Counted from the first letter of the stretch, positions 1-6,565 are shown. The stretch: DNA of 34,628 bases from a virus (IMGVR_UViG_2558860472_000005:1-34628), one strand, 5' to 3'. Numbers and translations are program-made. The notes: generated by a model not told the origin, from the sequence alone.

Positions 1-720
1 TTATAATTTAGCAAGCTCGTCAATCAATTGTGGGTTCTTTGACATAAAAGCTACATATGAGCTTCCTATCGTAGTGAGTTTGTAACCAGCATCACTTTCA
101 TAAATGAGTTTATTGCTTACTGGATACGAAATATATTTGATCCAATCCCAATCTGCGAAAGCTTCTTTATTATGATTTTTTGTTTTTTCAAAGAACTGAA
201 TAGCATCTTCTTTGCGGATATAACCACCATTGCTAGCAATTGTATAAAATAAGTCATATTGTGAGCGGAATAATACCTTGTTTATTTCAAAGTATCTTAC
301 AGCACTTTGCAAAAGAGATATTTCTCGTGCCAATAAATCAATTTTAATTTCATTGTCAGTATCTAGATCAGATGCTTGTTTCAATATGATTTGATATAAT
401 TCTTCACTGAATTCAGTTTTAAATTGTTCATGGTGTATTCTTATAGCTTCAATGCTCGTATTCTTTTGTAAGCTCGCCAAATTAGAATTTGAAGATTCTA
501 ATACTTCTGCTGTTTGTTTCTCTGCTATGAATTTTGCCGATATACCCGATAAAGTCGCGGATATTTCTGATAGCGTATTTTTAGAAAAAAAAGAACTGAC
601 AACTTCAAAAATTCGAGTTCGGAATCTGAATCCGATGATAAGAACAACAACTGGCCATGCAATGCTTTTTATCAGTTCAACGATTAGTTTCGGTGACCAA
701 CTACATACTAAATCTTCCAT
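1..720 (-). CDS. Hypothetical N-terminally membrane-anchored protein; integrase-proximal cargo gene
   Basis: Complete 239-aa ORF. It has a hydrophobic segment IAWPVVVLIIGF near the N-terminus and a helical middle region. G+C is lower than the phage backbone. No family recognised. Confidence 0.5.
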   Translation of the reverse strand: MEDLVCSWSPKLIVELIKSIAWPVVVLIIGFRFRTRIFEVVSSFFSKNTLSEISATLSGISAKFIAEKQTAEVLESSNSNLASLQKNTSIEAIRIHHEQFKTEFSEELYQIILKQASDLDTDNEIKIDLLAREISLLQSAVRYFEINKVLFRSQYDLFYTIASNGGYIRKEDAIQFFEKTKNHNKEAFADWDWIKYISYPVSNKLIYESDAGYKLTTIGSSYVAFMSKNPQLIDELAKL

Positions 721-919
721 TATCGCTCCTTTTACCTTAACTCTTATTGTGAAGTATCGCGTTTAAAAGCATGGCATTTCTGTTTGTTGCCTCACTTTCG
801 GTTATGCAAAATATAATACCTGAAAGATGTGAGTATCCCTACAATAGCCTGTTTTTGGCACATGCCTGTTTAGGTCTGTACCATAGCAATGCAAGGATAA
901 AATCTGAATTAATGCAATT

Positions 920-2104
920 TTAACCAGTTTTGATTTCCCCGTGTGGAACGACAATCCAATTAATGTGGTTTTGAGTGTAAATCTTAGTCGACTGAGCGTC
1001 GCTATGTGCCATTCGTCCTTGGGGATCGATACCCTGCTGATCGAAAAGATGCGCTGCCAGAGCTCTGATTTCATGAAAGGTTGGTCTTTCATCCATCGGT
1101 AGATTGTCGCATAAACCTAGCTTGTCTCGCGTTGCTGAAAACGATCGACTCAAATAGTCTGGTGCAACTTGTGTCGGATGTGAAACCTCTTTGCTTCGTT
1201 TAACTTGGCGTTCTGGGATTCTGTGAACGACAAACGGACTAGCCACATTATCTCGGCTATCGTCAATTATCCGTTTCAACTCTTCACCAATTGGTATTGC
1301 AACGTGTGACGCCTCTTTTTTTTGCACTTTTTGCCTGTGGATGTAAAGCGTCCCATATATGCCATTTTGTGGTTGTTCGAACCAGACACATCCACATATA
1401 CCGTCTTTAGGTTCGCGAATTGAGTAACGGATTCGCGATACTTCGAGTCGTGCATGTGTAGTTTGCAATGCTAGGTCCATTGCTGTTCTTAACCATGGTG
1501 CAGCGGCCTGCCTGATAGCTATAAAATGCTCGAGTGACAGGCGCCGTCTTTTCTTCTCATCAGTCCTACGCATTTTTTTTCTGATGGCCGGGTTATCCAG
1601 CATTAGTGATTCATCGACCGCATAAGAGAACAACTTTTTAAGAAAGCTGACCTTTCTGTTCTGCACATTTGCGGATGCGCTGGCATGATATTTGTTGATG
1701 TAGGTATTAACGTGTTCAAGTTCGATATCGCATGCCGGAACATTTACGAAAAACGCTTTTACGCGTAGAGCGTCATTTTTCCAGTCATCTAAGGTGCTCT
1801 GGGAAGGACGTTCGTCTTCGATAATCCGGGTCATTATGTGATCAACATGTTCAGCAAATGGTTTTGCTTCTCCGATAACACCGCCAGATTCTCTAATAAG
1901 ATTTTCTACTGATGGAGATAATTCTGCTCTCATCCTCAGGTTGTACTCTCTGGCGATTGCAATGGCTATTGCCCTATCCTTACCTATATTTTTCTTCTTT
2001 CCAGTAATAAGTGTGAATTTATAAACACCTCGATCTTTATCAAAAATCAGATAATCAGGAAGATGTCTGTATTCTTTTTTACGTGGCCTTGCCGCCATGG
2101 TCAC
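920..2104 (-). CDS. int: Tyrosine recombinase / phage integrase
   Basis: 394 aa. C-terminal catalytic-region pattern (HEIRALAAHL ... MAHSD ... TKIYTQ). The 4-nt overlap with a downstream xis-like gene is the typical int-xis arrangement. Confidence 0.9.
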   Translation of the reverse strand: MTMAARPRKKEYRHLPDYLIFDKDRGVYKFTLITGKKKNIGKDRAIAIAIAREYNLRMRAELSPSVENLIRESGGVIGEAKPFAEHVDHIMTRIIEDERPSQSTLDDWKNDALRVKAFFVNVPACDIELEHVNTYINKYHASASANVQNRKVSFLKKLFSYAVDESLMLDNPAIRKKMRRTDEKKRRRLSLEHFIAIRQAAAPWLRTAMDLALQTTHARLEVSRIRYSIREPKDGICGCVWFEQPQNGIYGTLYIHRQKVQKKEASHVAIPIGEELKRIIDDSRDNVASPFVVHRIPERQVKRSKEVSHPTQVAPDYLSRSFSATRDKLGLCDNLPMDERPTFHEIRALAAHLFDQQGIDPQGRMAHSDAQSTKIYTQNHINWIVVPHGEIKTG

Positions 2105-2310
2105 CCCTCGTTTATTAACTTGCGAACAGCTTGACTAACCATTGAGTCGACTCCCCATTTTTCTGTTTCGCAGACAAAAACAGAACCGTCCACGATGCGT
2201 CCCATGAGTAGACCGTTCTCGACCCAACGTTTTATCGTTCGGTTGTCAGGAATTGAGCCATTAGAGAATTCACGGCGTCCCCATTGGCTCGCTTTCATTA
2301 GTTTTGCCAT
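2101..2310 (-). CDS. xis: Excisionase-like small DNA-binding protein
   Basis: The likely start is ATG at 2310, preceded by GGAG; the track ORF extends to 2355. The segment QWGRREF..IPDNRTIKRWVENG..GRIVDG resembles lambda Xis-type proteins. It overlaps the int start. Confidence 0.6.
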   Translation of the reverse strand: MAKLMKASQWGRREFSNGSIPDNRTIKRWVENGLLMGRIVDGSVFVCETEKWGVDSMVSQAVRKLINEG

Positions 2311-2371
2311 GGCTGTTTCTCCACTTAGCCCGCTGCACTCGGGCAGTAATATCAAATTCCAGTCCTGATAA

Positions 2372-2587
2372 TTAATTTTGTTCTCTGGTTGCTACCTGTT
2401 TTATTGGCCTGATGCTGTCCAGGATCAGACGGCGACGCATGTTTGGCGCACCCCAACGGTAACCAGTCTTTTTGTCGTAGGATTCACAACGTCCGGCAAC
2501 CCAGGACGTTTCAGTGGAATGTAATTTCATCCGCTTTTCACCGTCTCGGGTGATAACAATTCCTGTATGAGTTTTTATCACGCTCAT
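2372..2587 (-). CDS. Hypothetical small early-left protein
   Basis: 71-aa ORF in the early-left operon with a 4-nt overlap to the upstream ORF. No family recognised. Confidence 0.45.
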   Translation of the reverse strand: MSVIKTHTGIVITRDGEKRMKLHSTETSWVAGRCESYDKKTGYRWGAPNMRRRLILDSIRPIKQVATREQN

Positions 2588-2946
2588 TTCTTAGTCTCCG
2601 GTGCTTTCGGCATTACTGCCCAGTGAGTGATATTGACATTTTCAAGGTCCCCGACCTGAAATGTCCGCTGCCATTCTCCGGTTTCTTTTTGCCCCCATGT
2701 GTACCAGAGAGAACGCCAGCCAATCAGCCAGCCTTCTCCACTAGCATCAAATAACAGAACACTTTCATTTGCTGGTGGCAGTTCAGCTGACACTGGTATT
2801 ATTTTGTTTTCCAGTGCCGCACATTTAGCTTCAAGCGCGTTGAATTTACGTACTAGGTACTCAGCATTTGTTTCGTTCACTTTCAGATCTCGCGGTACAC
2901 ATTTCCCGCGAAGAAACCCTTCCATTTCGAAAACATTCATGCGCAT
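2584..2946 (-). CDS. DUF551-like prophage protein (YfdS-like)
   Basis: 120 aa. The Trp-rich C-terminal part (GWLIGWRSLWYTWGQ ... ITHWAVMP) recalls DUF551 proteins of enterobacterial prophages. This is from memory, not a search. Confidence 0.55.
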   Translation of the reverse strand: MRMNVFEMEGFLRGKCVPRDLKVNETNAEYLVRKFNALEAKCAALENKIIPVSAELPPANESVLLFDASGEGWLIGWRSLWYTWGQKETGEWQRTFQVGDLENVNITHWAVMPKAPETKK

Positions 2947-3473
2947 TTGCGTAACTCCGATAACTCGTTAAAACGTTCCATAAACATCCCGTAGGCCTGG
3001 CCCGGTGCCAGTGGAATCACGTTGAACATCTCTGTTGCCGGGATGCCTTCCAGTACAGGCCAGAAAGAGCCATCATCAAGCCCGAGATCGCGGCGTTCGG
3101 TTGCCAGCATGATGAGATCGGCATATTTCACAGGCGTGCTCATAACCGGGGGTAACCCGTATTTTTCACGGATTACGGCGTCTATTTTTTCTTCCATCCG
3201 TTTATAGTCAGGAAGAAGGCGTTTCAGTGGAGCCGGGATGTCCTGGCAATACGCTTCTGTTGCATCATGCATTAACGCTTCAAAAGCAAATTCCTGCGGT
3301 ACCAGCTGGCTGCAAAGCACCGCATGTTGGGCGACGCTGTAGAAGTGTGAAAGATGTCCTGCAAAGCGACAGATATTTGAAAGGGAAACCGCGATATCGT
3401 TAATAACGATGTCGTCTTTATTTATCCTGTCATAATAAAAATGCTTCCCGGAAAAAGTTTTAATAAATGACAT
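2937..3473 (-). CDS. HD-domain phosphohydrolase (YfdR-like 5'-nucleotidase)
   Basis: The likely start is ATG at 3473 (MSFIKTFSG...), preceded by GGAGAA. It carries the H...HD metal-binding pattern (HLSHFYSVAQHAV ... ALMHDATEAY). Confidence 0.75.
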   Translation of the reverse strand: MSFIKTFSGKHFYYDRINKDDIVINDIAVSLSNICRFAGHLSHFYSVAQHAVLCSQLVPQEFAFEALMHDATEAYCQDIPAPLKRLLPDYKRMEEKIDAVIREKYGLPPVMSTPVKYADLIMLATERRDLGLDDGSFWPVLEGIPATEMFNVIPLAPGQAYGMFMERFNELSELRKCA

Positions 3474-4017
3474 TTTGTTCTCCACGTATATGCGCTGCAC
3501 CGCGCTGAATTCGGGTAAAAGGAAGCCCTCACCGTCCGGCGATTATTGAGTCAATTACATTTCCATAAATGCCCCCGTAGGGGCGGTTAGTTTCTCCACA
3601 AAACAGAGAAGAACACCTGTGGTGGCAGCCGCCCGGATGGATTGGGTTATGAGCCCGTCGTCCGATGATGCTCTTCTCTGTTTTGTAAAAAGGACGGTAC
3701 CAGCCGGAAGCAAGGGTACAAGCTGGTACCGCCAAGACAACACACAGCATAAAGTTGTGGTGCCGGGTGCCTCCCGGTGCCTGGCGAAGGTTGTACACCA
3801 GACGGGTGGGTATCCACAGAAGGTCGACTGTCAGCCTCAACCTTAACCCGCGTGCGCTGAGCCGCATTCACCACAACGCTAAGGATTCTCTCTGGTTGAA
3901 AATACTTAGCTGTTATGTGCCTGCTTTTAGCCACATCAGGCGAGGTGGACCTGGTTATTCCCCAACAACAAGGATTCGGTATAATCTGGATATCCCAACA
4001 ACAGGTAGGAAGGAAAT
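3474..4017. other. ORF-free, GC-rich, stem-rich intergenic element (candidate structured RNA or cis-regulatory leader; strand unknown)
   Basis: Only mutually overlapping, Cys/Trp/Arg/Pro-rich ORFs occur, on both strands. Perfect long-range complementarities: 3600-3612/3672-3684 (13 bp), 3695-3704/3722-3731 (10 bp) and 3787-3793/3838-3844 (7 bp). Hairpins at 3571-3584, 3763-3777 and 3806-3817. Confidence 0.35.
3980..3985 (+). promoter_or_regulatory. Candidate -10 element (TATAAT) for the plus-strand accessory operon
   Basis: Perfect TATAAT lies 33 nt upstream of the mini-ORF A start. The -35 is weak. It is bracketed by direct repeats CCCAACAACA(A)GG at 3961-3973 and 3994-4005. Confidence 0.4.
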
Positions 4018-4101
4018 ATGTACGTAGATAGCAATGAAAAATTTCATGTTCCGGTAAATCAGAGACCAGCACCGATCCCTGAGCCGAAACCTGAAATGTA
4101 A
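4018..4101 (+). CDS. Proline-rich mini-ORF A (27 aa: MYVDSNEKFHVPVNQRPAPIPEPKPEM)
   Basis: Strong SD AGGAAGGA (4007-4014). The stop lies 10 nt before the next ATG. It shares H-[VI]-P-x-[KN]-x-R-P motif with mini-ORFs B and C, encoded with different synonymous codons. Confidence 0.45.
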   Translation: MYVDSNEKFHVPVNQRPAPIPEPKPEM

Positions 4102-4111
4102 GGGAATAGAG

Positions 4112-4591
4112 ATGACTCGAGACGATCTAGCATTCGATATTCATTATTCTTTCTTTCTTGAGAAAATGAATTACACCCTTTTAAATCGGATAGACAAGAG
4201 CATAACTCTTGTTCTCATTGTCTTGGGCTTTTCTGTTTTTGCGCCATATAGCAATATGTTTATTTTTGGCGCATCTGTAGCTATTTTGTCGGTGCTTCAA
4301 TTGGTATACCAATTTGGGCAGGAAGCTGGCTTATCAAAGGAACAGATGCGACAGTATAAAAGGTTGATTGTTGAGTTTTCCTCCCTTTCTGATGACGAAC
4401 TACGCACTCGGTTTTTAAAGGTTCAAGACGCTGATAGTAATCCATGGAGATCTTTACAAGATGCTGCGTTCAAACGGACCTGTATTGCGCTGGGACGTGT
4501 TGATGAGTCAGAAATATCATTCATGCATAGCGTTATCGCATGGTTTGCTGGAGATTTGCCTCGGTCAAAAAGGTGTAATAATGACAAATAG
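4112..4591 (+). CDS. Hypothetical 2-TM membrane protein (SLATT-like or superinfection-exclusion-like architecture)
   Basis: 159 aa. A central hydrophobic hairpin (ITLVLIVLGFSVFAPY / MFIFGASVAILSVLQLVYQF) is followed by a helical soluble tail. Low G+C. It lies on the strand opposite PL. Confidence 0.7.
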   Translation: MTRDDLAFDIHYSFFLEKMNYTLLNRIDKSITLVLIVLGFSVFAPYSNMFIFGASVAILSVLQLVYQFGQEAGLSKEQMRQYKRLIVEFSSLSDDELRTRFLKVQDADSNPWRSLQDAAFKRTCIALGRVDESEISFMHSVIAWFAGDLPRSKRCNNDK

Positions 4592-4697
4592 AATTCCCAT
4601 AATCCCTAACCATGTACCTCCAAAGCCCAGACCACCATCACCAAAGTCACACAGGCTTTATGAGTATGAATTAATAATGGATTCTATATTGAGATGA
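4581..4697 (+). CDS. Proline-rich mini-ORF B (38 aa: MTNRIPIIPNHVPPKPRPPSPKSHRLYEYELIMDSILR)
   Basis: The ATG overlaps the end of the 2-TM gene by 11 nt, with SD AAGGTG 5 nt upstream. It carries the shared motif HVPPKPRPPSP. Confidence 0.45.
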   Translation: MTNRIPIIPNHVPPKPRPPSPKSHRLYEYELIMDSILR

Positions 4698-4701
4698 CCA
4701 A

Positions 4702-4791
4702 ATGAATGCATTTATATATACATGGAAAGAGGATCATATACCCTTAAAACCTCGTCCTTCACCGCCAGAACCGAAGCCAAAATCCCGTTAA
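4702..4791 (+). CDS. Proline-rich mini-ORF C (29 aa: MNAFIYTWKEDHIPLKPRPSPPEPKPKSR)
   Basis: Starts 4 nt after the stop of B, with a weak SD. It carries the shared motif HIPLKPRPSPPEPKP. A terminator follows. Confidence 0.4.
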   Translation: MNAFIYTWKEDHIPLKPRPSPPEPKPKSR

Positions 4792-4809
4792 GTGTTGGGG
4801 ATCTCCAGA

Positions 4810-4822
4810 TTGTTAAAGAGCG
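4810..4822 (-). promoter_or_regulatory. boxA-like antitermination element (CGCTCTTTAACAA) in the PL leader
   Basis: The minus-strand sequence CGCUCUUUAACAA matches rrn boxA UGCUCUUUAACAA at 12 of 13 positions and contains the lambda boxA core CGCUCUU. It lies about 100 nt downstream of the predicted PL start, directly 3' of a hairpin (4824-4841). Confidence 0.5.
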
Positions 4823-4823
4823 A

Positions 4824-4850
4824 AGCGTCCTATAGGGCGCTTTTTTGTTG
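4824..4850 (+). terminator. Rho-independent terminator of the plus-strand accessory operon
   Basis: 7-bp stem AGCGUCC/GGGCGCU (one G-U pair), UAUA loop, then a U6 tract. Confidence 0.75.
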
Positions 4851-4931
4851 CTAACGAATCATCCTGGACTTCATATGCCCCAGGCGGCTACTTCGTGGGC
4901 GTCCTGCCTGTTCGTTGTTTCGCTTGGGTAC

Positions 4932-4959
4932 ATTATGTATCTCAAAGGTACATTGTCAA
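4932..4959 (-). promoter_or_regulatory. PL-like early-left promoter
   Basis: Minus strand: TTGACA (4959-4954), 16-nt spacer, CATAAT (4937-4932). The spacer is occupied by an operator-like palindrome. Confidence 0.6.
4935..4953. promoter_or_regulatory. Operator OL (ATGTACC-N5-GATACAT)
   Basis: Same 7-5-7 architecture and half-site (TGTACC/GGTACA) as the two palindromes beside cro. Confidence 0.55.
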
Positions 4960-4961
4960 GT

Positions 4962-4986
4962 ATAAAAAAACCTGCCGAAGCAGGTT
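4962..4986 (-). terminator. Rho-independent terminator downstream of cI
   Basis: Minus strand: AACCUGC-UUCG-GCAGGUU followed by U7, beginning 13 nt after the cI stop. Confidence 0.8.
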
Positions 4987-4998
4987 CATAAACATTGA

Positions 4999-5673
4999 TT
5001 AGGCTTTGATTTTGTATCTTCTTGGTTTTCCTGAGAAAATCACTGTACCAATTATAGAGCAATTACCGTTGATCTTAATGTAAGGCTCAGGCCAGTTTGG
5101 GTTTAACGCTTTGAGATAACGCTGTGTCCCATCTTCTATCAACCTTTTGAAGGTGGTTTCACCTGTATCGTGCATCAATGCAATAACGTCGTCACCGTGG
5201 CAGGCAGGTACTTCAGGATCGACAAAAATCATGTCTCCCGGGCGGTACTCATCAATCATTGAATCACCTATCACCCGCAAGATATAAGTCATTTCCCCAC
5301 AGGGTACAGGGCAGGGATACGTTTCTGCTGTGCTCAAATCAACCTCAGAATATCCAACTTCTTTCCATGCTCCGGCCTGTACCCATGATATGACAGGGAC
5401 TAATGTGATTTGTTTATTAGTGATTGAAACATCAGGTTTTTTTGTGATGTTCGTTGTCTGGTGTTCTTGATCGAGCCATCCGACAGGCAGGTCGAAACAT
5501 CTTTCGATGTGTCGTGCCATGCTGTCACCGATATTTTTAGTAGCACCATCTCCCATAAACCTGCTGGTCTGGGTTGGCTCGCGATCAATCATAGTGGCAA
5601 AGGAAGAATTCCCGCCAACACCATCTCTCAGTTTTCTGGCGTTAGACCGCCGGATGTCATGGATTGTTTTCAT
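4999..5673 (-). CDS. CI-type repressor, LexA-like S24 peptidase family (e14 CohE/YmfK-like)
   Basis: 224 aa with an N-terminal HTH region. The C-terminal part has self-cleavage motifs (VISWVQAGAW, RVIGDSM, ..FKRL..). It is divergent from the cro-like gene. Confidence 0.9.
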   Translation of the reverse strand: MKTIHDIRRSNARKLRDGVGGNSSFATMIDREPTQTSRFMGDGATKNIGDSMARHIERCFDLPVGWLDQEHQTTNITKKPDVSITNKQITLVPVISWVQAGAWKEVGYSEVDLSTAETYPCPVPCGEMTYILRVIGDSMIDEYRPGDMIFVDPEVPACHGDDVIALMHDTGETTFKRLIEDGTQRYLKALNPNWPEPYIKINGNCSIIGTVIFSGKPRRYKIKA

Positions 5674-5688
5674 AACGAAATTAAAACC

Positions 5689-5709
5689 CTTGTACCGTTA
5701 AGGTACAAG
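5689..5709. promoter_or_regulatory. Operator OR-a (CTTGTACC-GTTAA-GGTACAAG, perfect 8-bp arms)
   Basis: Perfect inverted repeat between the cI start and the PR -35. Confidence 0.65.
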
Positions 5710-5713
5710 TATC

Positions 5714-5741
5714 TTGAAGGTTCATTTTAATCATGTAATAT
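5714..5741 (+). promoter_or_regulatory. PR-like early-right promoter
   Basis: TTGAAG (5714-5719), 16-nt spacer, TAATAT (5736-5741). Operator OR-b overlaps the -10 and the start site. Confidence 0.55.
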
Positions 5742-5758
5742 GTACACCGGAGGTACAT
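5740..5758. promoter_or_regulatory. Operator OR-b (ATGTACA-CCGGA-GGTACAT)
   Basis: A 7-5-7 imperfect palindrome with the same half-site, overlapping the PR -10 and the cro SD. Confidence 0.6.
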
Positions 5759-5763
5759 ATTGT

Positions 5764-5964
5764 ATGAAAGCGTATTGGGACTCTTTAACCAAAGAACAGC
5801 AGGGCGAGTTGGCCGGAAAAGTTGGCTCAACACCTGGCTACTTACGGCTGGTTTTCAATGGCTATAAAAAAGCCAGTTTTGTGCTGGCTAAAAAACTTGA
5901 GCAATGCACGTCAGGTGCAATTACGAAATCTGACTTAAGACCGGATATCTATCCGAAAGATTAG
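5764..5964 (+). CDS. Cro-like / YdaS-type HTH regulator
   Basis: The likely start is ATG at 5764, 9 nt after GGAGG; the track start 5740 lies inside the operator. The 66-aa product MKAYWDSLTKEQQGELAGKVGSTPGYLRLV.. is divergent from cI. Confidence 0.8.
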   Translation: MKAYWDSLTKEQQGELAGKVGSTPGYLRLVFNGYKKASFVLAKKLEQCTSGAITKSDLRPDIYPKD

Positions 5965-5995
5965 CAGAACACTTTCAATTTTTAACCACAGAACG

Positions 5996-6565
5996 ATGAG
6001 GCTAATCGTGGGTAAGCATCACTGGAAAATAGAAAAACAGCCTGAGTGGTACGTGAAAGCTGTCAGAAAAACTATCGCGGCGTTGCCGGGTGGTTACGCT
6101 GAAGCGGCTGACTGGCTCGATGTAACAGAAAACGCTTTATTCAACCGCCTTCGTGCAGATGGCGATCAGATTTTCCCGCTGGGATGGGCAATGGTTTTAC
6201 AGCGTGCTGGTGGCACTCACTTCATTGCTGATGCTGTGGCGCAGTCTGCAAATGGCGTCTTTGTGTCTCTTTCTGACGTCGAGGATGTGGACAACGCCGA
6301 TATTAACCAGCGTCTGCTGGAAGTCATTGAACAGATCGGCAGTTATTCAAAACAGATTCGTTCAGCAATCGAAGACGGTGTAGTGGAACCGCATGAGAAG
6401 ACAGCAATTAACGACGAGCTGTATCTCTCAATTTCGAAGCTGCAGGAGCATGCAGCACTTGTCTACAAAATTTTTTGCATTTCAGAAAGTAATGACGCCC
6501 GCGAGTGTGCAGCTCCGGGCGTCGTGGCGTCGATTGCTTCTGGTTGTGGAGAAACTAACGCATGA
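5996..6565 (+). CDS. Early regulatory protein (YmfL-like / CII-like position)
   Basis: 189-aa ORF immediately downstream of cro. From memory it resembles e14 YmfL. Confidence 0.5.
   Translation: MRLIVGKHHWKIEKQPEWYVKAVRKTIAALPGGYAEAADWLDVTENALFNRLRADGDQIFPLGWAMVLQRAGGTHFIADAVAQSANGVFVSLSDVEDVDNADINQRLLEVIEQIGSYSKQIRSAIEDGVVEPHEKTAINDELYLSISKLQEHAALVYKIFCISESNDARECAAPGVVASIASGCGETNA

Noticed and set aside
720-919. Attachment-site core or tRNA fragment between the cargo ORF and int
   Set aside because: No tRNA-like 3' fragment or repeat partner is visible within the window. This cannot be decided without the other prophage end or an empty site.
802-1092. 96-aa minus-strand ORF overlapping the integrase 3' end
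   Set aside because: It lies out of frame within int and in the adjacent spacer, with no SD. It is a shadow ORF.
3695-3731. Resemblance of CCAGCCGGAAGCAAGG to the conserved 4.5S/SRP RNA loop (GGUCCGGAAGGAAGCAGCC)
   Set aside because: Only a short partial match. The flanking helices and the overall length do not fit SRP RNA, so it is probably coincidence.
3529-4072. Five overlapping track ORFs (60-141 aa) on both strands in the GC-rich intergenic region
   Set aside because: They overlap one another in different frames and lack SD sequences. Their composition is implausible (runs of Cys, Trp, Arg, Pro and His). A possible lipobox-like MLCVVLAVPAC on the minus strand has no ribosome-binding site. 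The region is treated as non-coding.
4100-4870. A small N-like antiterminator ORF on the minus strand downstream of PL
   Set aside because: Only very short minus-strand ORFs without SDs were found by eye (for example a 17-codon ORF). Nothing arginine-rich or N-like was seen.
4871-5062. 63-aa minus-strand ORF overlapping the 3' end of cI
   Set aside because: It spans the cI terminator hairpin and the PL promoter and operator, and it overlaps the cI coding sequence out of frame. It is a spurious ORF.
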